64,000 nucleotides of DNA from an uncultured candidate division Zixibacteria bacterium (GCA_963713865.1 OY970208.1:2112001-2176000); one strand, 5' to 3'; positions 1-14,214 are shown, counted from the stretch's first letter. Program-made: numbers and translations. Notes: generated by a model not told the origin, from the letters alone.

Positions 1-551
1 GGATTAACCACCTGAGCTGGCTTAAAGGTTAAATTTTTTAAATTCCGACAGGATTTATAGAAATTATTCTCTTTATTTTCTCCGAGCAGTAAAGTTTTTG
101 TCTCGCTTAATCCTAATTTTTTCAATAGATTTGCGATGGTTTTAGTTTTTGGTTGTTCCAGGGATATATCTTCAATTATTTTTATCGCCCCTTCAGAAGC
201 TTTAGAAGAAAAAACTGACCTCAAAGCTAACCTCGATATCTTCTTAGGAAGAGCAGTCTTCCAATTCCTCTGGAATGGACCAAAAGTCCTCCCACCACCT
301 ACCCAAATAGGTGAAGTATTAGATCCAGCTCGAGCTCTTCCGGTTCCTTTTTGCCTCCAGGGTTTTACACCTCCTCCTCTTACCTCAGCCCGGGTCTTCT
401 TTCTAACCGTTCCCTGTCTCTGGTTAGCAAGATAGACCTTGACATACTGTTGTACGGCTTCAGGATTAGGCTTTATCCCGAAAAGCTCGGCTTTGAGCTC
501 AAATTCACCTGTTTGGTCACCTTCGATATTATATTGGCTTACTTTACTCAT
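1..551 (-). CDS. rplD: 50S ribosomal protein L4 (3' end runs off window)
   Basis: Manual translation MSKVSQYNIEG...RQGTVRKKTRAEVRGGGVKPWRQKGTGRARAGS; follows rplC; absent from ORF track because it is truncated. Confidence 0.95.
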   Translation of the reverse strand, partial: MSKVSQYNIEGDQTGEFELKAELFGIKPNPEAVQQYVKVYLANQRQGTVRKKTRAEVRGGGVKPWRQKGTGRARAGSNTSPIWVGGGRTFGPFQRNWKTALPKKISRLALRSVFSSKASEGAIKIIEDISLEQPKTKTIANLLKKLGLSETKTLLLGENKENNFYKSCRNLKNLTFKPAQVVN

Positions 552-570
552 AAACGATCAAGCTTCAAAT

Positions 571-1203
571 TTATTTTTTCTTAAGTTTCTTAATCAATAA
601 AATCGAATTTTTCTTTCCTGGAACTGCTCCTTTTACCAACAAAATATTCTTTTCTGCCTCTACTCCCACTACTTCTAAGTTACGAACAGTTACCCTTTCG
701 TTCCCCATTCTTCCGGCCATTCTCTGCCCTTTAAAAGTACGTGATGGATAGGAGCTTGCTCCCACAGAACCAGGTGCTCTAACCCTATCCGATTGTCCAT
801 GGGTCGTAGGTCCACCTCTGAATTTATGCCTTCTGACCACTCCTTGAAAGCCAAGTCCCTTGGAGGTTCCAGTAATATCCACTTTTTCACCTACGGAAAA
901 GAGATCAACTTTTATCTCCTGACCTATCTCAAACTGTTTATCGAACTTATCCTTTCTGAATTCTTTCAGAACCCTTTTGGGTTCAACTTTAGCCTTTTCA
1001 AAGTGACCAGTTATGGGTTTATTGAAAAGAGATTTCCTCTTAATGCCAAACGCTAACTGCAAAGCATCATACCCTTCTTTTTCCTTGGTCTTTATCTGGA
1101 CTATCGGACAGGGATCTGCTTGAATCACCGTCACGGGAATAAACTCTCCTTCTTTCCCAAAAATCTGGGTCATCCCCACTTTTCTGCCGATTATACCTTC
1201 CAT
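571..1203 (-). CDS. rplC: 50S ribosomal protein L3
   Basis: GRKVGMTQIF, GTSKGLGFQG, MAGRMG motifs; S10 operon position. Confidence 0.98.
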   Translation of the reverse strand: MEGIIGRKVGMTQIFGKEGEFIPVTVIQADPCPIVQIKTKEKEGYDALQLAFGIKRKSLFNKPITGHFEKAKVEPKRVLKEFRKDKFDKQFEIGQEIKVDLFSVGEKVDITGTSKGLGFQGVVRRHKFRGGPTTHGQSDRVRAPGSVGASSYPSRTFKGQRMAGRMGNERVTVRNLEVVGVEAEKNILLVKGAVPGKKNSILLIKKLKKK

Positions 1204-1224
1204 GCTTTTTACCCTAAAAGAAAT

Positions 1225-1533
1225 TTAAACTTTGATCTCTACATCCACTCCGGCTGGTAGCTCTAACTTCATCAGAGCATCTACCGTCTGAGGAGTAGAT
1301 TCATATATATCAATCATCCTCTTATGGATTCTGGTCTCAAATTGTTCCCTGGATTTTTTATCAGTATGCGGTGATCTTAAAACAGTATAGACTGTCCGCT
1401 TCGTAGGTAAAGGCACAGGGCCCGAGATCTTGGCACCTGTTCGGGTAACAGTCCTTACAATTTCCTGAGCTGATTTATCCAGAGAATTATGGTCATAAGC
1501 TTTAAGCCAGATCCTGATCTTTTGTCCTTCCAT
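1225..1533 (-). CDS. rpsJ: 30S ribosomal protein S10
   Basis: [10 protein letters not shown]...GPVPLPT...[16 protein letters not shown] at 1533 preferred (AAGGA upstream). Confidence 0.97.
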   Translation of the reverse strand: MEGQKIRIWLKAYDHNSLDKSAQEIVRTVTRTGAKISGPVPLPTKRTVYTVLRSPHTDKKSREQFETRIHKRMIDIYESTPQTVDALMKLELPAGVDVEIKV

Positions 1534-1584
1534 TCTCAATCCTTATCTTTCAAAGAACATTATTTTTTAACGTTTGAACCTTTG

Positions 1585-1601
1585 TCCCGCCAAAGGCGGG
1601 A
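1585..1601. repeat. TCCCGC-N5-GCGGGA hairpin downstream of tuf (family also at 17496, 39507, 48121, 50061)
   Basis: tcccgccaaaggcggga perfect inverted repeat. Confidence 0.75.
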
Positions 1602-1612
1602 TTAAACTTTTT

Positions 1613-2818
1613 TTACTCTATTATATCCGTTACTGCACCTGCTCCTACCGTCCTCCCACCCTCCCGTATGGCAAATCTTAACGTCTTCTCCATCGCTATT
1701 GGCCCTATCAACTCTACACTCATATTCACATTGTCTCCCGGCATCACCATCTCCACCCCTTCCGGCAACTTGATTATCCCGGTCACGTCTAAAGTCCGAA
1801 AATAAAACTGCGGACGATACCCGTTGAAAAAGGGCGTATGCCTGCCTCCCTCCTCTTTGGTCAATACGTATACCTCTGCTTTAAATTTGGTATGCGGGGT
1901 TATACTACCCGGAGCCGCTATCACCATCCCTCGCTCTAACTCGTCCTTCTCTATCCCCCTTAATAATATCCCGATGTTGTCTCCGGCCTGCGCCTCGTCT
2001 AATAACTTCCGAAACATCTCTACCCCTGTCACTACGGTCTTACGCGTCTCCTTCAATCCTACTCGCTCTACCTCATCCCCTACCTTCACCCGTCCTCGCT
2101 CTACCCTGCCCGTCCCTACTGTCCCCCTGCCGGTTATACTGAAGACATCCTCTACCGGCAGCAAAAAAGGCTTGTCTACGTCTCGCTTGGGTAACGGTAT
2201 GTAATTGTCTACCGCTTCCATTAACTCATAGACGCTCTTGAACTCCGGCGAATCCTTTACCTCCAGCTTGGCTGACTCGGTCATGACCTTTAACGCACTA
2301 CCCCGTATCACCGGTACCTCATCACCGGGAAATCCATACTTCTTCAGTAAATCCCTCACCTCTAACTCCACTAAATCCAATAACTCCGGATCATCTACCA
2401 TGTCTACCTTGTTCAAATATACGATGATATACGGCACTCCTACCTGACGCGCTAATAATATGTGCTCACGGGTCTGCGGCATCGGCCCATCTGCTGCCGA
2501 TACTACTAATATCGCCCCGTCCATCTGCGCCGCTCCAGTCACCATGTTCTTTACATAGTCCGCATGCCCTGGACAATCTACGTGCGCATAATGCCGCTTG
2601 TCGGTCTCATACTCCGCATGATGTACGTTGATGGTTAACCCCCTGGCTTTCTCCTCCGGCGCATTGTCTATCTCCTCGTAACTCTTGGCCTGCGCTAATC
2701 CACGCCGCGATAATACCATGGTTATCGCCGCGGTCAACGTGGTCTTCCCATGATCTACATGCCCTATCGTCCCAATGTTTACATGCGGCTTGGTCCGCAC
2801 AAATTTAGCCTTGGCCAT
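1613..2818 (-). CDS. tuf: Elongation factor Tu (str-operon copy)
   Basis: [18 protein letters not shown] GTPase motifs. Confidence 0.99.
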   Translation of the reverse strand: MAKAKFVRTKPHVNIGTIGHVDHGKTTLTAAITMVLSRRGLAQAKSYEEIDNAPEEKARGLTINVHHAEYETDKRHYAHVDCPGHADYVKNMVTGAAQMDGAILVVSAADGPMPQTREHILLARQVGVPYIIVYLNKVDMVDDPELLDLVELEVRDLLKKYGFPGDEVPVIRGSALKVMTESAKLEVKDSPEFKSVYELMEAVDNYIPLPKRDVDKPFLLPVEDVFSITGRGTVGTGRVERGRVKVGDEVERVGLKETRKTVVTGVEMFRKLLDEAQAGDNIGILLRGIEKDELERGMVIAAPGSITPHTKFKAEVYVLTKEEGGRHTPFFNGYRPQFYFRTLDVTGIIKLPEGVEMVMPGDNVNMSVELIGPIAMEKTLRFAIREGGRTVGAGAVTDIIE

Positions 2819-2856
2819 CTTACTTTACCTCCAAAAAATAGTATAATTCACTTTAA

Positions 2857-4938
2857 TTAATAACCTCTAACTTTTGATAAAATTTTCTCAGAAAGGTTTT
2901 CCGGCACCTCCTCATATCTTAAGAATTCCATAGAGAAAACTGCCCTTCCCTGAGTAATAGATCTTAATCTGGTAGCATAACCAAACATCTCAGATAGCGG
3001 CACCATAACAGAAATTACCTGAGCATCTTTTCGAGGGTGAATCCCTGAGATATTACCCCGTCGGGCATTAAGGTCACCTATAACATCTCCCATATATTCT
3101 TCCGGAACAACCACCTCCACATCCATCATCGGCTCTAAAAGTTTGGGGAAAGCTCTTCTGGCACCATCCTGAAATGCCATCGAGGCTGCAATCTTGAAAG
3201 CCAACTCAGTTGAATCGACCTCATGGTAGCTACCATCATAAAGGATCACCTTTATGTTCACCATCGGGTATCCAGCCAGGACCCCATTCTCCATCGCCTC
3301 TTTAACACCTTTTTCGATCGAAGGGATATACTCTTTGGGAATTACACCACTGGAAATTTGTTTCTCAAATACAAACTTTCCTCCTGGAGGTAAAGGCTCT
3401 AATCTTATCTTCACATGACCGTATTGACCTTTCCCTCCAGACTGACGTATAAACTTACCCTCTGCTTCTACCGGGATAGAGATAGTCTCTTTATAAGCCA
3501 CCTGAGGTTTTCCAACATTAGCCTGTACTCTGAACTCTCGTATTAACCGTTCAAGCAAAATTTCTAAATGAAGCTCGCCCATGCCTGAGATTATCGTCTG
3601 TCCAGTTTCCTCATTCAAACCCACCTTAAAGGTTGGATCCTCATCCGCTAATTTGGATAAAGATGCACTTAATCTATCCTGATCCGTTTTGGTTTTCGGT
3701 TCAATCGCCACAGAGATTACTGGATCTGGGAAAACCATCTTCTCCAAAACTATGGGATAGTGCTTATCACATAAGGTGTTGCCCGTCGAAATGTTCCTGG
3801 ATACGACAGCCGCGGTAATATCACCGGTAAAAACTTCCTGTATGTCTTCTCTTTGATTAGCATGCATCCTTAATATCCTGCTTAACCTTAGCTTCTCTTC
3901 GCTATTGCTATTTAATACCATAGACCCCACCTTTACCCATCCGGAATAAACTCTGAAGTAAGCTAATTTACCTACAAAAGGGTCACTTACTATTTTAAAA
4001 GCTAATGCAGAAAATGGTTCATCATCCGACACTTTCCTCTCTTCAACTTCTCCACTTTCCGGGTTAATCCCTTTTACCGCAGGTAGATCCAGAGGTGAAG
4101 GTAGAAAATCGACCACTGCATCTAAAAGCTTCTGCACCCCTTTATTTTTGAAAGCCGCACCACATAATACTGGAACCACTTTCGCATCCAAACACGCTTT
4201 TCTTAAAGCTTTTTTAATCTCTTGCGGCTCAATCGGCTTTTCATTTAAAAAATTTTCCATGAGCTTATCATCATAATCTGATAAAGCCTCTAAAATTTCC
4301 TCTCTTTTCTTTCGGGCTATGTCTGTAAATGATTTAGGGACAGGATGGTCTTCAAAAGTAGCTCCAAAAGTTTCCTCGTGATAAATTCGATAGTTCATCT
4401 CAATCAGATCAATAATTCCGGCAAACATATCTCCCTGACCTACCGGAATCTGAATAGCCACTGCTTTAGTACCCAATCTATCTCGCATCATCTGTAGAGT
4501 ATTCTCAAAATCAGAACCAACCCGATCCATCTTATTGATAAAAGCTATTCTGGGAACACCATATTTATCCGCTTGCCTCCAGACCGTCTCAGATTGTGGT
4601 TCAACCCCTCCAACCCCACAAAAAATGACAATAGCGCCATCTAAAATCCTTAAAGACCTTTCAACTTCAGCCGTGAAATCTACATGTCCTGGAGTATCAA
4701 TAATATTTATCCTATGCTCCTGCCAGTAACAGGTAGTAGCGGCCGAGGTTATGGTTATACCTCTTTCTCTCTCCTGGTCCATCCAGTCCATAACTGCAGC
4801 CCCTTCATCCACCTCTCCCATCCGATAAGTTTTTCCAGTATAATAGAGAACCCTTTCGGTGGTGGTGGTTTTCCCTGCATCTATATGTGCCATTATGCCT
4901 ATATTCCTGATTTTTTGTAAGGGAAATTCCCTTGACAT
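2857..4938 (-). CDS. fusA: Elongation factor G
   Basis: [29 protein letters not shown] at 4938 with AGAGG SD. Confidence 0.98.
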   Translation of the reverse strand: MSREFPLQKIRNIGIMAHIDAGKTTTTERVLYYTGKTYRMGEVDEGAAVMDWMDQERERGITITSAATTCYWQEHRINIIDTPGHVDFTAEVERSLRILDGAIVIFCGVGGVEPQSETVWRQADKYGVPRIAFINKMDRVGSDFENTLQMMRDRLGTKAVAIQIPVGQGDMFAGIIDLIEMNYRIYHEETFGATFEDHPVPKSFTDIARKKREEILEALSDYDDKLMENFLNEKPIEPQEIKKALRKACLDAKVVPVLCGAAFKNKGVQKLLDAVVDFLPSPLDLPAVKGINPESGEVEERKVSDDEPFSALAFKIVSDPFVGKLAYFRVYSGWVKVGSMVLNSNSEEKLRLSRILRMHANQREDIQEVFTGDITAAVVSRNISTGNTLCDKHYPIVLEKMVFPDPVISVAIEPKTKTDQDRLSASLSKLADEDPTFKVGLNEETGQTIISGMGELHLEILLERLIREFRVQANVGKPQVAYKETISIPVEAEGKFIRQSGGKGQYGHVKIRLEPLPPGGKFVFEKQISSGVIPKEYIPSIEKGVKEAMENGVLAGYPMVNIKVILYDGSYHEVDSTELAFKIAASMAFQDGARRAFPKLLEPMMDVEVVVPEEYMGDVIGDLNARRGNISGIHPRKDAQVISVMVPLSEMFGYATRLRSITQGRAVFSMEFLRYEEVPENLSEKILSKVRGY

Positions 4939-4940
4939 AA

Positions 4941-5013
4941 AAAAACCTCTACTTATTCTACTTGCTGTGGAAACCTTTACAACACGGAATTCCACTCAGC
5001 AAGTGGAGGTTTT
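4941..5013 (-). promoter_or_regulatory. Long bulged hairpin sequestering the fusA Shine-Dalgarno
   Basis: Minus strand AAAACCTC/GAGGTTTT, ACTTGCT/AGCAAGT and GTGGAA/TTCCAC pairings. Confidence 0.55.
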
Positions 5014-5242
5014 AAACCTGATCCGTATTTTATGTTTCCAACCTTTATTTCACTTTCCCCCTCTAAACCAACCACTGGTCAGAAGGGAATTTAATTCATT
5101 CCTCGTTTGGAGTTTTAGATCCGATTTTTGAATACTTTCTGAACTCTAATCTCAATCTACGCTAAAAACTCCTTTAAATTCTGAATTTTATTTACTTCAA
5201 GCTGCCATTCTACTAACCTGATTTATATTACCTGCTCCATTT

Positions 5243-5713
5243 TTACCATCTGAAATGAGCAAAAGCCCGATTAGCTTCTGCCATCTTATGAGTATCTTCT
5301 TTCTTCTTTATAGAGCTTCCTTCATTTTTAGATGCGGCGATTAATTCAGCCGCTAATCTATCCAACATAGTATGCTCAGCTCTTGCCTTGGTGTATGATA
5401 TTATCCATTTTATAGCTAAAGAAGTCCTTCTATCAGATCGAACTTCAATTGGCACCTGATAGGTTGCTCCACCTACTCTTCTTGGCTTCACCTCTAAAAC
5501 CGGTTTTACATTATTAACCGCTTTCTGGAAAACCTCAATCCCTGGTTGACCGGATTTTTTCTCTATAGTCTCCAATGCTCCATAAAATATATGTTCCGCA
5601 GTACTTTTCTTGCCCTTTCGCATAATGTCGTTTATAAACTGTGTAACCAGTATATTCCCATACTTAGTATCAGGTAACAACTCTCTTTTGATCGTTTTTT
5701 TCTTTCTTGCCAT
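5243..5713 (-). CDS. rpsG: 30S ribosomal protein S7
   Basis: [26 protein letters not shown]. Confidence 0.99.
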   Translation of the reverse strand: MARKKKTIKRELLPDTKYGNILVTQFINDIMRKGKKSTAEHIFYGALETIEKKSGQPGIEVFQKAVNNVKPVLEVKPRRVGGATYQVPIEVRSDRRTSLAIKWIISYTKARAEHTMLDRLAAELIAASKNEGSSIKKKEDTHKMAEANRAFAHFRW

Positions 5714-5723
5714 ATTTCCTTAC

Positions 5724-6104
5724 TCAAGTAACCTTTTTAGGTTTTTTAGTTCCATATTTAGATCTTCCCTGCTTTCTTTCACCCACTCCACTGGCATCCA
5801 GGGTGCCACGAATAATATGATATCTAACTCCAGGAAGGTCTTTTACTCTTCCACCTCTAATCAGAACAATCGAGTGTTCCTGAAGGTTATGCCCTTCGCC
5901 AGGTATATAGGAGGTTACCTCTATCCCATTAGTCAATCTAACCCGGGCTACTTTCCTTAACGCAGAATTAGGCTTTTTGGGAGTAGAGGTGTATACTCGA
6001 GTACAAACCCCTCTTCTTTGAGGAGATCCATGCAGGGCTGGTGTCTTTTCCTTCCCTTTTTCCTTTTTCCTGCCGATTCTTATCAGTTGATTAATAGACG
6101 GCAA
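5724..6104 (-). CDS. rpsL: 30S ribosomal protein S12
   Basis: [26 protein letters not shown] start. Confidence 0.99.
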   Translation of the reverse strand: MPSINQLIRIGRKKEKGKEKTPALHGSPQRRGVCTRVYTSTPKKPNSALRKVARVRLTNGIEVTSYIPGEGHNLQEHSIVLIRGGRVKDLPGVRYHIIRGTLDASGVGERKQGRSKYGTKKPKKVT

Positions 6105-6201
6105 CTTCTACTCCTTTTAATGAACAATCTCTCTATCTTATGCTCTTCAAATCAAATTCTTAATACATAAATTTTTTAATATAGAGGTAATTACATCATT
6201 G

Positions 6202-9200
6202 TCAAGCATTTTCTTTGACAATTTTCGCTTCTTCTTCAATTTTTTCTTCCTCTTTCAGTTGAATACTTCTGTAATATTCCAGTCCGGTACCTGCAGGGAT
6301 AAGACGACCGATGATCACATTTTCCTTCAACCCCAAGAGAAAATCTGTCTTCCCTGAGACAGCCGCCTCAGTCAATACCCTGGTTGTTTCTTGAAAAGAA
6401 GCAGCAGAAATAAAGCTGTCAGAAGTCAAAGACGCTTTAGTAATCCCTAAAAGCAGGGGCTGGAATCTTGCTGGCTCACCGCCTTCAGCAATTACCTTTT
6501 CATTCTCTTCCCTGAATCTTATCTTATCCACCTGTTCACCTTCCAGGAAATTAGTGTCTCCTACATTTTCCACCCTGACCTTTTGAAGCATCTGCCTGAC
6601 TATGGTCTCGATATGCTTATCATTAATCTTCACCCCTTGCAATCGATAGACTTCCTGGATCTCATTAACCAGATATTCCTGAACTGCATTAGGGCCTTTG
6701 ATCCTTAAAATGTCATGTGGATCTATCGATCCTTCACAAATCCTATCACCTGCTTTTACCCGGTCATCTGAATGAACTCTCATATGCTTTCCGTGAGGAA
6801 TAAGATATTCTCTGATCTCCTCTTGATCCCCGCGCACAAACACCTGCGTAGTCCCGCGGATTATCTTGCCGAATTCCACCACACCATCTACTTCGCTGAC
6901 AATAGCTGGGTCTTTTGGCCTTCTAGCTTCAAAAAGCTCTGCTACACGGGGGAGCCCACCAGTGATATCTCTGGTCTTGGAAAGCTCTCTCGGTATTTTC
7001 ACTAAAGCATCACCAGCTTCAACCTTATCACCGTTATGCACTAATAGATAAGCTCTGGTTGGAACAGAGTAGTTCCCGACCTTTTTCCCTTTTTCATCTA
7101 TAACAGCTATATGGGGTCTGAGGTTTTTCTCCCTCTGTTCAACTACCACTCTCTGACGCAACCCTGTGGTCTCATCCAGTTCTTCCCTGAAGGTCACATC
7201 TTCGATCAGATCAATGAACTCCACTTTTCCACTGTTGTCTGAAAGTATAGTGCTGGAGTAGGGATCCCATTCAAACAAAACATCTCCCTTCTGAACCTGG
7301 CTTCCTTCATTTATCTTTATAACTGCAGCATAAGGGACATTATATTTTGCCCATACATTTCCCTGTGCATCCACCAGATCGATCTCACCTTCTCTACCCA
7401 AAACTGCCTTTGCTCCATCTTTTCTGGTAACCATTTTAACCTTTTTAATAGTTACCTTCCCATCGGCTTTAGCAGTTGCTTTAGAATGTTCAACAATACG
7501 GGCAGCTGTACCTCCGATATGGAAGGTCCTCAGGGTAAGCTGTGTGCCCGGTTCTCCAATGCTCTGAGCAGCCACCACCCCAACCGCTTCGCCTAACTCT
7601 ACCATTCTACTGGTAGCCAAATTTCTTCCGTAACATTTGGCGCAAACTCCTCTTTTGGATTCACAGGTTAGAACCGATCTTATCTTCACGGTCTCAATAC
7701 CGCGCTCCTCAATTCGAACGGCTGCATTTTCATCGATCTCCTCACCTGCTAAAGCTATTACCTCATTCGTAATTCGATCGATGACATCTTCCAAAGCTAC
7801 GCGTCCTAAGACTCGATCCCTTAAAGACTCGATTACCTCTTCGCCTTCTTTCAAAGCTACAACATTTAAACCCAAAATCGTTCCACAATCTATCTCATTT
7901 ATAATCACATCCTGAGCCACATCCACTAACCGGCGAGTAAGATAGCCGGCATCTGCTGTTTTAAGGGCTGTATCAGCTAACCCTTTTCTGGCTCCGTGCG
8001 TGGAGATGAAATATTCCAGCACACTTAAGCCTTCTTTGAAGTTAGAGGTGATTGGAGATTCTATAATCTCCCCTATTTGACCGGTGATCTTTTTCTGAGG
8101 CTTAGCCATCAACCCTCTCATTCCGGCTAATTGTCTTATCTGGTCCTTACTACCTCTGGCTCCAGAATCTGCCATCATAAATACAGGATTAAATCCATCT
8201 TCAGCTTTCTTCAACTCCTCAAACATCACCTCTGCCACCTCATTGGTGATATGGGTCCAGGCGTCGATAACTTTATTGTATCTTTCTCCGTTGGTAATCA
8301 CTCCTTTCTCATACTGCTGCTGGATCTTCTCAACCTCTTTTTTGGTTCTTTCAATCAACCTCTGTTTTTCCTTCTCCGGGATTATCATATCGTCTATTCC
8401 CACAGTGATCCCGGCTAAGGTAGCATATAGAAAACCGACCCTTTTTAACTCATCTAAGAGAAAAGCTGTACGAGAATTACCTAATTGACTATAAGCCTGA
8501 GAGATCAACTCTTCAATCTTACTCCTATTGGCTAGATCATTAAAAAAACCGAGTTCTGGAGGTATAACCTGATTAAATATCAGTCTGCCAGGAGTAGTTT
8601 CCACTAACTTGCCATTTAATCTTACCTTCACCTGGGCATTGAGCCCAACCAACTTATCCTCTAAAGCGAACAGTACTTCCTCCACCGATGAGAAAATCTT
8701 ACCCTCACCCTTATCATGAGGTTTAATCTTGGTAAGATAATAGGCTCCCAGAACAATATCTTGAGAAGGAGTAGAAATGGGCCTGCCATTAGAAGGAAGG
8801 AGAAGGTTATTTACCGAAAGCATCAAGACTCTTGCTTCTAACTGTGCCTCGAAGGACAAAGGAACATGCACTGCCATCTGATCACCATCGAAATCAGCAT
8901 TAAAGGCTGCGCACACCAGTGGATGAATTCGGATAGCTTTACCTTCAACCAGCACCGGATAAAAGGCTTGAATACCTAAACGGTGTAAGGTAGGAGCACG
9001 ATTTAAAAGTATCGGGTGATCCTGAATGATCTCTTCTAAGATATCCCATACTTCAGGCTTTTCCTTTTCCACGAACTTCTTGGCTGACTTAACCGTTGAA
9101 ACAAATCCTTTTTCTTCTAATTTCATTATAACAAAGGGTTTGAAAAGCTCTAAAGCCATATTCTTAGGAATACCACATTGATGGAGTTTAAGTTCTGGAC

Positions 9201-10263
9201 CAACTACAATAACCGATCTTCCAGAGTAATCTACCCTTTTACCCAAAAGGTTCTGTCTGAATCTTCCTTGCTTACCTTTAAGAAGATCTGAAAGTGATTT
9301 CAAAGGTCTTTTAGTATCACCCCTCACCGATTGTGATCTTCTCCCATTATCTAATAAGGCATCTACTGCTTCCTGTAACATCCTCTTTTCATTTTTCAAA
9401 ATAACTTCCGGGGCTTTTATCTCTATCAACTTCTTCAATCGATTATTTCGATTGATAACTCGACGATAGAGGTCATTTAAATCCGAGGTTGCAAATCTTC
9501 CGCCCTCTAATGGAACCAAAGGTCTTAAATCTGGAGGGATAATCGGAAGGACCCTCATTACCATCCATTCGGGTTTATTACTAGACTGTCTGAATGATTC
9601 TATAACTCTTAATCTTTTTAAAATATCTTTTTTTCTCTGAGCTGAGGTTTCCATTCTGACCTGTGCTCTTAAAGAGATAGAAAGTTCCTCGATATCGATC
9701 TGTCTTAAAAGCTCCAGTATAGCTTCAGCCCCCATTTTGGCTACGAATTCCTTACCAGATTCTTCCAGCTGTTGGTATTCCTCTTCAGTTATGATGTCCT
9801 TATATTTCAGAGGGGTATTTCCAGGATCGAGCACAATATATGACTCATAATATAAAATCCTTTCCAGTTCTCGAATAGATAAATCTAAAAGGTAGCCCAT
9901 CCGGGTGGGAATCGACTTAAAAAACCAGATGTGGGAAACCGGAACTGCTAATTCGATATGTCCCATCCTCTCTCTTCTAACCCTGGATTGAGTAACCTCT
10001 ACCCCACATCTATCGCAGACTATTCCTTTAAATCTAACCCTTTTATACTTACCGCAGTTACACTCCCAGTCCTTTACCGGGCCGAAAATCCTCTCGCAGA
10101 AAAGTCCATCCCTTTCTGGTTTAAAGGATCTATAGTTGATAGTCTCAGGCTTGGTAACTTCTCCATAGGACCAGGATCTAATAATTTCAGGGGAAGCCAG
10201 CTGAATTTTAATAGCATAAAAATCAGATGGTTTCCTCAAATTCTTAGTCTGTATCTCTGCCAC
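6202..10263 (-). CDS. rpoC: RNA polymerase beta' subunit
   Basis: [12 protein letters not shown] catalytic motif, N-terminal Zn finger. Confidence 0.99.
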   Translation of the reverse strand: MAEIQTKNLRKPSDFYAIKIQLASPEIIRSWSYGEVTKPETINYRSFKPERDGLFCERIFGPVKDWECNCGKYKRVRFKGIVCDRCGVEVTQSRVRRERMGHIELAVPVSHIWFFKSIPTRMGYLLDLSIRELERILYYESYIVLDPGNTPLKYKDIITEEEYQQLEESGKEFVAKMGAEAILELLRQIDIEELSISLRAQVRMETSAQRKKDILKRLRVIESFRQSSNKPEWMVMRVLPIIPPDLRPLVPLEGGRFATSDLNDLYRRVINRNNRLKKLIEIKAPEVILKNEKRMLQEAVDALLDNGRRSQSVRGDTKRPLKSLSDLLKGKQGRFRQNLLGKRVDYSGRSVIVVGPELKLHQCGIPKNMALELFKPFVIMKLEEKGFVSTVKSAKKFVEKEKPEVWDILEEIIQDHPILLNRAPTLHRLGIQAFYPVLVEGKAIRIHPLVCAAFNADFDGDQMAVHVPLSFEAQLEARVLMLSVNNLLLPSNGRPISTPSQDIVLGAYYLTKIKPHDKGEGKIFSSVEEVLFALEDKLVGLNAQVKVRLNGKLVETTPGRLIFNQVIPPELGFFNDLANRSKIEELISQAYSQLGNSRTAFLLDELKRVGFLYATLAGITVGIDDMIIPEKEKQRLIERTKKEVEKIQQQYEKGVITNGERYNKVIDAWTHITNEVAEVMFEELKKAEDGFNPVFMMADSGARGSKDQIRQLAGMRGLMAKPQKKITGQIGEIIESPITSNFKEGLSVLEYFISTHGARKGLADTALKTADAGYLTRRLVDVAQDVIINEIDCGTILGLNVVALKEGEEVIESLRDRVLGRVALEDVIDRITNEVIALAGEEIDENAAVRIEERGIETVKIRSVLTCESKRGVCAKCYGRNLATSRMVELGEAVGVVAAQSIGEPGTQLTLRTFHIGGTAARIVEHSKATAKADGKVTIKKVKMVTRKDGAKAVLGREGEIDLVDAQGNVWAKYNVPYAAVIKINEGSQVQKGDVLFEWDPYSSTILSDNSGKVEFIDLIEDVTFREELDETTGLRQRVVVEQREKNLRPHIAVIDEKGKKVGNYSVPTRAYLLVHNGDKVEAGDALVKIPRELSKTRDITGGLPRVAELFEARRPKDPAIVSEVDGVVEFGKIIRGTTQVFVRGDQEEIREYLIPHGKHMRVHSDDRVKAGDRICEGSIDPHDILRIKGPNAVQEYLVNEIQEVYRLQGVKINDKHIETIVRQMLQKVRVENVGDTNFLEGEQVDKIRFREENEKVIAEGGEPARFQPLLLGITKASLTSDSFISAASFQETTRVLTEAAVSGKTDFLLGLKENVIIGRLIPAGTGLEYYRSIQLKEEEKIEEEAKIVKENA

Positions 10264-10371
10264 TTAAAACCTCCTTTCCACCAAGGTGGAAACTAAGGAT
10301 AGTCTTAGGCTAAAGTTAAATTACTACATTTTCTAAAAATCTTACCACCATTTACTTATCAAAAAACTTCT

Positions 10372-13300
10372 TTACCCTTCGACAAGATCCACATCTAACC
10401 CTAAGCTCTGCAATTCCTTGACTAATACATTAAATGACTCTGGAACACCCGGCTCAGGCGGATTCTCTCCTTTAACAATAGCCTCATAGATTCTGGACCT
10501 GCCAGCTACATCATCCGACTTCACCGTAAGCATCTCTTGCAGGGAATAAGCAGCTCCATAAGCTTCTAATGCCCATACTTCCATCTCTCCGAACCTCTGC
10601 CCTCCAAACTGAGCTTTACCACCCAAGGGTTGCTGAGTAACAAGCGAGTAAGGTCCAATAGAACGAGCGTGAATTTTATCATCGACAAGATGAGATAACT
10701 TCATTATATAGATATATCCTACTGTAATCGGTTTATCAAATGGTTCTCCAGTTATTCCGTCATAGAGGATAGTTTTACCATTATCTGGAAGTTCTGCTTC
10801 TTTTAAAGCCTCTTTAATCTCCTCTAAAGTTGCTCCATCAAAAACTGGGCTGGAGACATAAATCCCCATTTTCTTGGCAGCCCAGCCGAGATGGGTTTCT
10901 AAGAGCTGTCCCACATTCATTCTCGAAGGAACTCCCAAAGGATTCAATATAAGGTCAATCGGTGTACCATCAAGCAAGTAAGGCATATCTTCAGCCGGAA
11001 CGACTTTAGCCACAACCCCTTTATTACCATGTCTACCAGCAATTTTATCTCCTACCGATAACTTTCTCTTGGTAGCCACATTCACCTTAACTAATTGAAC
11101 CACTCCTGGAGGTAACTCTGCACCCCTGGATATTTTTTGCAACTCCGTATCCTGTTGGGCTTCCTTATCTTTAAATAGTTTATTATATTTAGACCAGATC
11201 TGCTCTATACGTTTATTTGTCTTTTGATCCTGGGTATATCCCTCATCAATTACTAAATCATCAAAAACGATACCATCGAAAGAATCCTTTTTGAATTTAA
11301 ATCCGGAACGGAAAGCGATTGAACCATCAGAAATTTTACGAATCGTCTTAGCAGTCTGTCCATCTAAAAGCTCTATAAGTTTCTGATCCCGTATCTTTTT
11401 CAAATTTTCCATCTGCTTCTGATGAGCTCTCTTCAGTTTGGCAATCTCGCTTTTCTCCTGCTTCTTAGATTCCTCAGTCCTTTCCTTTCGAGAGAAAACC
11501 TTAGAATCTATGACGACCCCTTTCATTCCCGGAGGCGCTTTTAGGGAAGCATCCCTGACATCACCTGCTTTTTCACCAAAAATCGCCCTTAAAAGCCTTT
11601 CCTCAGGGGAAAGCTCAGTTTCTCCTTTAGGAGTAACTTTTCCTACCAGAATATCCCCGGCTTCCACCTCCGCTCCATTTCTGATAATCCCCCTCTCATC
11701 TAAATTCATTACCGCATCCTCTGAAACATTGGGTATCTCACGGGTTAACTCCTCAGGTCCTCTTTTGGTATCTCTTACCTGAAGCTCAAATTCCTCAATG
11801 TGAATGGAGGTAAATCTATCCTCGGAGACCAGCCTTTCACTGACAATTATCGCATCCTCAAAATTATATCCCCTCCAGGGCATAAAAGCGACCAGCACAT
11901 TAGCTCCCAGGGCAAGCTCACCTCTATCGGTAGAGAAGCCGTCCGCCAGGCAATCTCCTGCTTCTACTTTCTCTCCTAGCCTAACCAAAGGTCTCTGATT
12001 AACGCAAGTGTCCTGGTTGGACCTCTTAAATTTCAGTAGTCGATATTCATCTGATTCTAAGAATTCATCTGTATCCTTATGTTTATCTGAAGGTCGAATA
12101 ACTATCAAGTCAGAGGATACGCTCTCGACTACACCACCTCTGGTTGCAACAATAGTTGCACCTGAATCTAAAGCTGCTTTTTTCTCCATACCGGTTCCGA
12201 CAATAGGTGCATCCGGGATAAGCAAGGGGACTGCTTGTCTTTGCATGTTAGACCCCATAAGAGCACGGTTAGCATCATCATGCTCTAAGAACGGAATCAA
12301 AGCAGCGGCAACGCTTACCAACTGTTTGGATGAGACATCCATATAATCGATCTTCTCTGAGGGTACTATAGGATAATCCGCTTTAAAGCGAGCTTTGATT
12401 AAAGGATTAAGGAATCTACCATCCTTTTTCAAAGGTTCATTCGCCTGGGCTATACTATATTTATCCTCCTGATCAGCAGTTAAATATTCTATCTCGTCAA
12501 TCACTTTACCATTCTTTACCTTTCGATAAGGAGTCTCTAAGAATCCATATTTATTTATCCGGGCATAAGTAGAAAGGGAAGCGATCAATCCAATGTTAGG
12601 ACCTTCTGGAGTCTCAATCGGGCACATCCTTCCATAATGGGTATGATGCACGTCCCTGACTTCAAATCCAGCTCTTTCTCTGGTTAACCCTCCTGGTCCA
12701 AGAGCGGAAAGTCTCCTTTTATGAGTTAACTCCGCCAGGGGATTAGTCTGATCCATAAACTGTGAGAGCTGACTGGACCCAAAAAAACTCTCAACCACTG
12801 AAGATACAGTTCGGGCATTAACTAAATCATGCGGGGTAATGGAGTCTGTATCTCTCAAGCTCATCCTTTCACGGATGGTGCGAGCCATTCGAGTGAGCCC
12901 AATCGAGAACTGATTGGAAAGAAGTTCTCCCACCGAACGAGCTCTTCTGTTACCCAGGTGGTCTATATCATCAACCTCGCCCTCGCCATTACTCAACTTT
13001 ATAAGAGACTTTATAATTTCAATGAAATCCTTTTTGTCTAAAGTAGTTTGTTCCAGAGGAATTTCCAGGGAAAGGCTCTGATTTAACTTATACCTTCCGA
13101 CTTCTCCTAAGTCATACCTCTTTGAACTGAAGAAAAGCCTTTCTAAAAGTAACTGAGCCATCTCCACGCTGGGGGGTTCACCTCCAGGCTTCAAAATCGA
13201 ATAGATTTTGAAAAGAGCTTCTTCTTGAGATATGGTTTGGTCCTTATGTAAAGTGTTAATAATGACCAAGGAATCCTTGCTCGAATCTGTTTCTATAATC

Positions 13301-14142
13301 CTGAGTTTTGGGATTTTATATTCTCTTATTTTCTCTAGATGATCTTCAGTTATAACCTCGCCACTTCGCAAGAGAGTAACTCCGTTCTCCTTTACGATTA
13401 CACCTTCTGCGGAGATCTTACCCACGATTTTATCTTTGCGAACACCAGGTATCTCGATGGTCTCTACTTCATAGAAAAGTTTGATGAGCTCAAGATCAGT
13501 AGAAAAACCTAATGCTCTTAAAAAGGTGGTCATCGGCAACCTTCTACGGGTGTCTATATATACATACATTATGTCATTTATATCAATATTGAACTCTACC
13601 CAGGAACCCCGATAGGGTATGATTCTGGCAGAATATAGCCTTTTGCCGTTAGGGTGAATCTCATCGTCAAAGAAAACACCCGGAGATCGATGAAGCTGGC
13701 TAACTATAACCCTTTCCGCGCCATTGATCACAAAAGTACCAGTAGGAGTAAGCAGAGGCAGTTCACCTAAGAAAACATCCTGCTCAATTATATCCCTTAC
13801 CCTTTTGCTTTTCCCTTCGGGTTCCCGGATAACCAGGCGTAACGTAGCTTTCAACGGAGCAGCATAAGTCATATTCCTTTCTTGACATTCTATAATGCTA
13901 TATCTTGGTAAACCAAGCATATATTTAACAAACTCAAGGGAATAGTTCTCATGCACATCTGTTAAAGGAAAAGTCTCGCTAAATACAGCCTGAAGCCCTA
14001 TGCTCTTCCTTTTTTCGGGTTCAATCTCTGCCTGTAGGAAATTTCTAAAAGACTCTCTCTGCACTTCCAAGAGATAAGGCAGATCCAGGATCTCCTTAAA
14101 CTTGGAATAGGACTTCCTTTCGATTTTTCTTACCTTTGCCAA
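10372..14142 (-). CDS. rpoB: RNA polymerase beta subunit
   Basis: [39 protein letters not shown]. Confidence 0.99.
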   Translation of the reverse strand: MAKVRKIERKSYSKFKEILDLPYLLEVQRESFRNFLQAEIEPEKRKSIGLQAVFSETFPLTDVHENYSLEFVKYMLGLPRYSIIECQERNMTYAAPLKATLRLVIREPEGKSKRVRDIIEQDVFLGELPLLTPTGTFVINGAERVIVSQLHRSPGVFFDDEIHPNGKRLYSARIIPYRGSWVEFNIDINDIMYVYIDTRRRLPMTTFLRALGFSTDLELIKLFYEVETIEIPGVRKDKIVGKISAEGVIVKENGVTLLRSGEVITEDHLEKIREYKIPKLRIIETDSSKDSLVIINTLHKDQTISQEEALFKIYSILKPGGEPPSVEMAQLLLERLFFSSKRYDLGEVGRYKLNQSLSLEIPLEQTTLDKKDFIEIIKSLIKLSNGEGEVDDIDHLGNRRARSVGELLSNQFSIGLTRMARTIRERMSLRDTDSITPHDLVNARTVSSVVESFFGSSQLSQFMDQTNPLAELTHKRRLSALGPGGLTRERAGFEVRDVHHTHYGRMCPIETPEGPNIGLIASLSTYARINKYGFLETPYRKVKNGKVIDEIEYLTADQEDKYSIAQANEPLKKDGRFLNPLIKARFKADYPIVPSEKIDYMDVSSKQLVSVAAALIPFLEHDDANRALMGSNMQRQAVPLLIPDAPIVGTGMEKKAALDSGATIVATRGGVVESVSSDLIVIRPSDKHKDTDEFLESDEYRLLKFKRSNQDTCVNQRPLVRLGEKVEAGDCLADGFSTDRGELALGANVLVAFMPWRGYNFEDAIIVSERLVSEDRFTSIHIEEFELQVRDTKRGPEELTREIPNVSEDAVMNLDERGIIRNGAEVEAGDILVGKVTPKGETELSPEERLLRAIFGEKAGDVRDASLKAPPGMKGVVIDSKVFSRKERTEESKKQEKSEIAKLKRAHQKQMENLKKIRDQKLIELLDGQTAKTIRKISDGSIAFRSGFKFKKDSFDGIVFDDLVIDEGYTQDQKTNKRIEQIWSKYNKLFKDKEAQQDTELQKISRGAELPPGVVQLVKVNVATKRKLSVGDKIAGRHGNKGVVAKVVPAEDMPYLLDGTPIDLILNPLGVPSRMNVGQLLETHLGWAAKKMGIYVSSPVFDGATLEEIKEALKEAELPDNGKTILYDGITGEPFDKPITVGYIYIMKLSHLVDDKIHARSIGPYSLVTQQPLGGKAQFGGQRFGEMEVWALEAYGAAYSLQEMLTVKSDDVAGRSRIYEAIVKGENPPEPGVPESFNVLVKELQSLGLDVDLVEG

Positions 14143-14214
14143 TTAAATCACACTCCTTAAGTGTGGCAAAAACTACTAATTCCAAAATTTTGCCCGTAGA
14201 ACTTCGCCAAAAAA

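Larger units (their letters stand above)
1560..2835. repeat. Near-identical duplication of tuf plus flanks (other copy 17471-18746)
   Basis: Direct comparison at offset 15911; only two differences spotted by eye (2286/18197 and 2750/18661). Confidence 0.9.
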
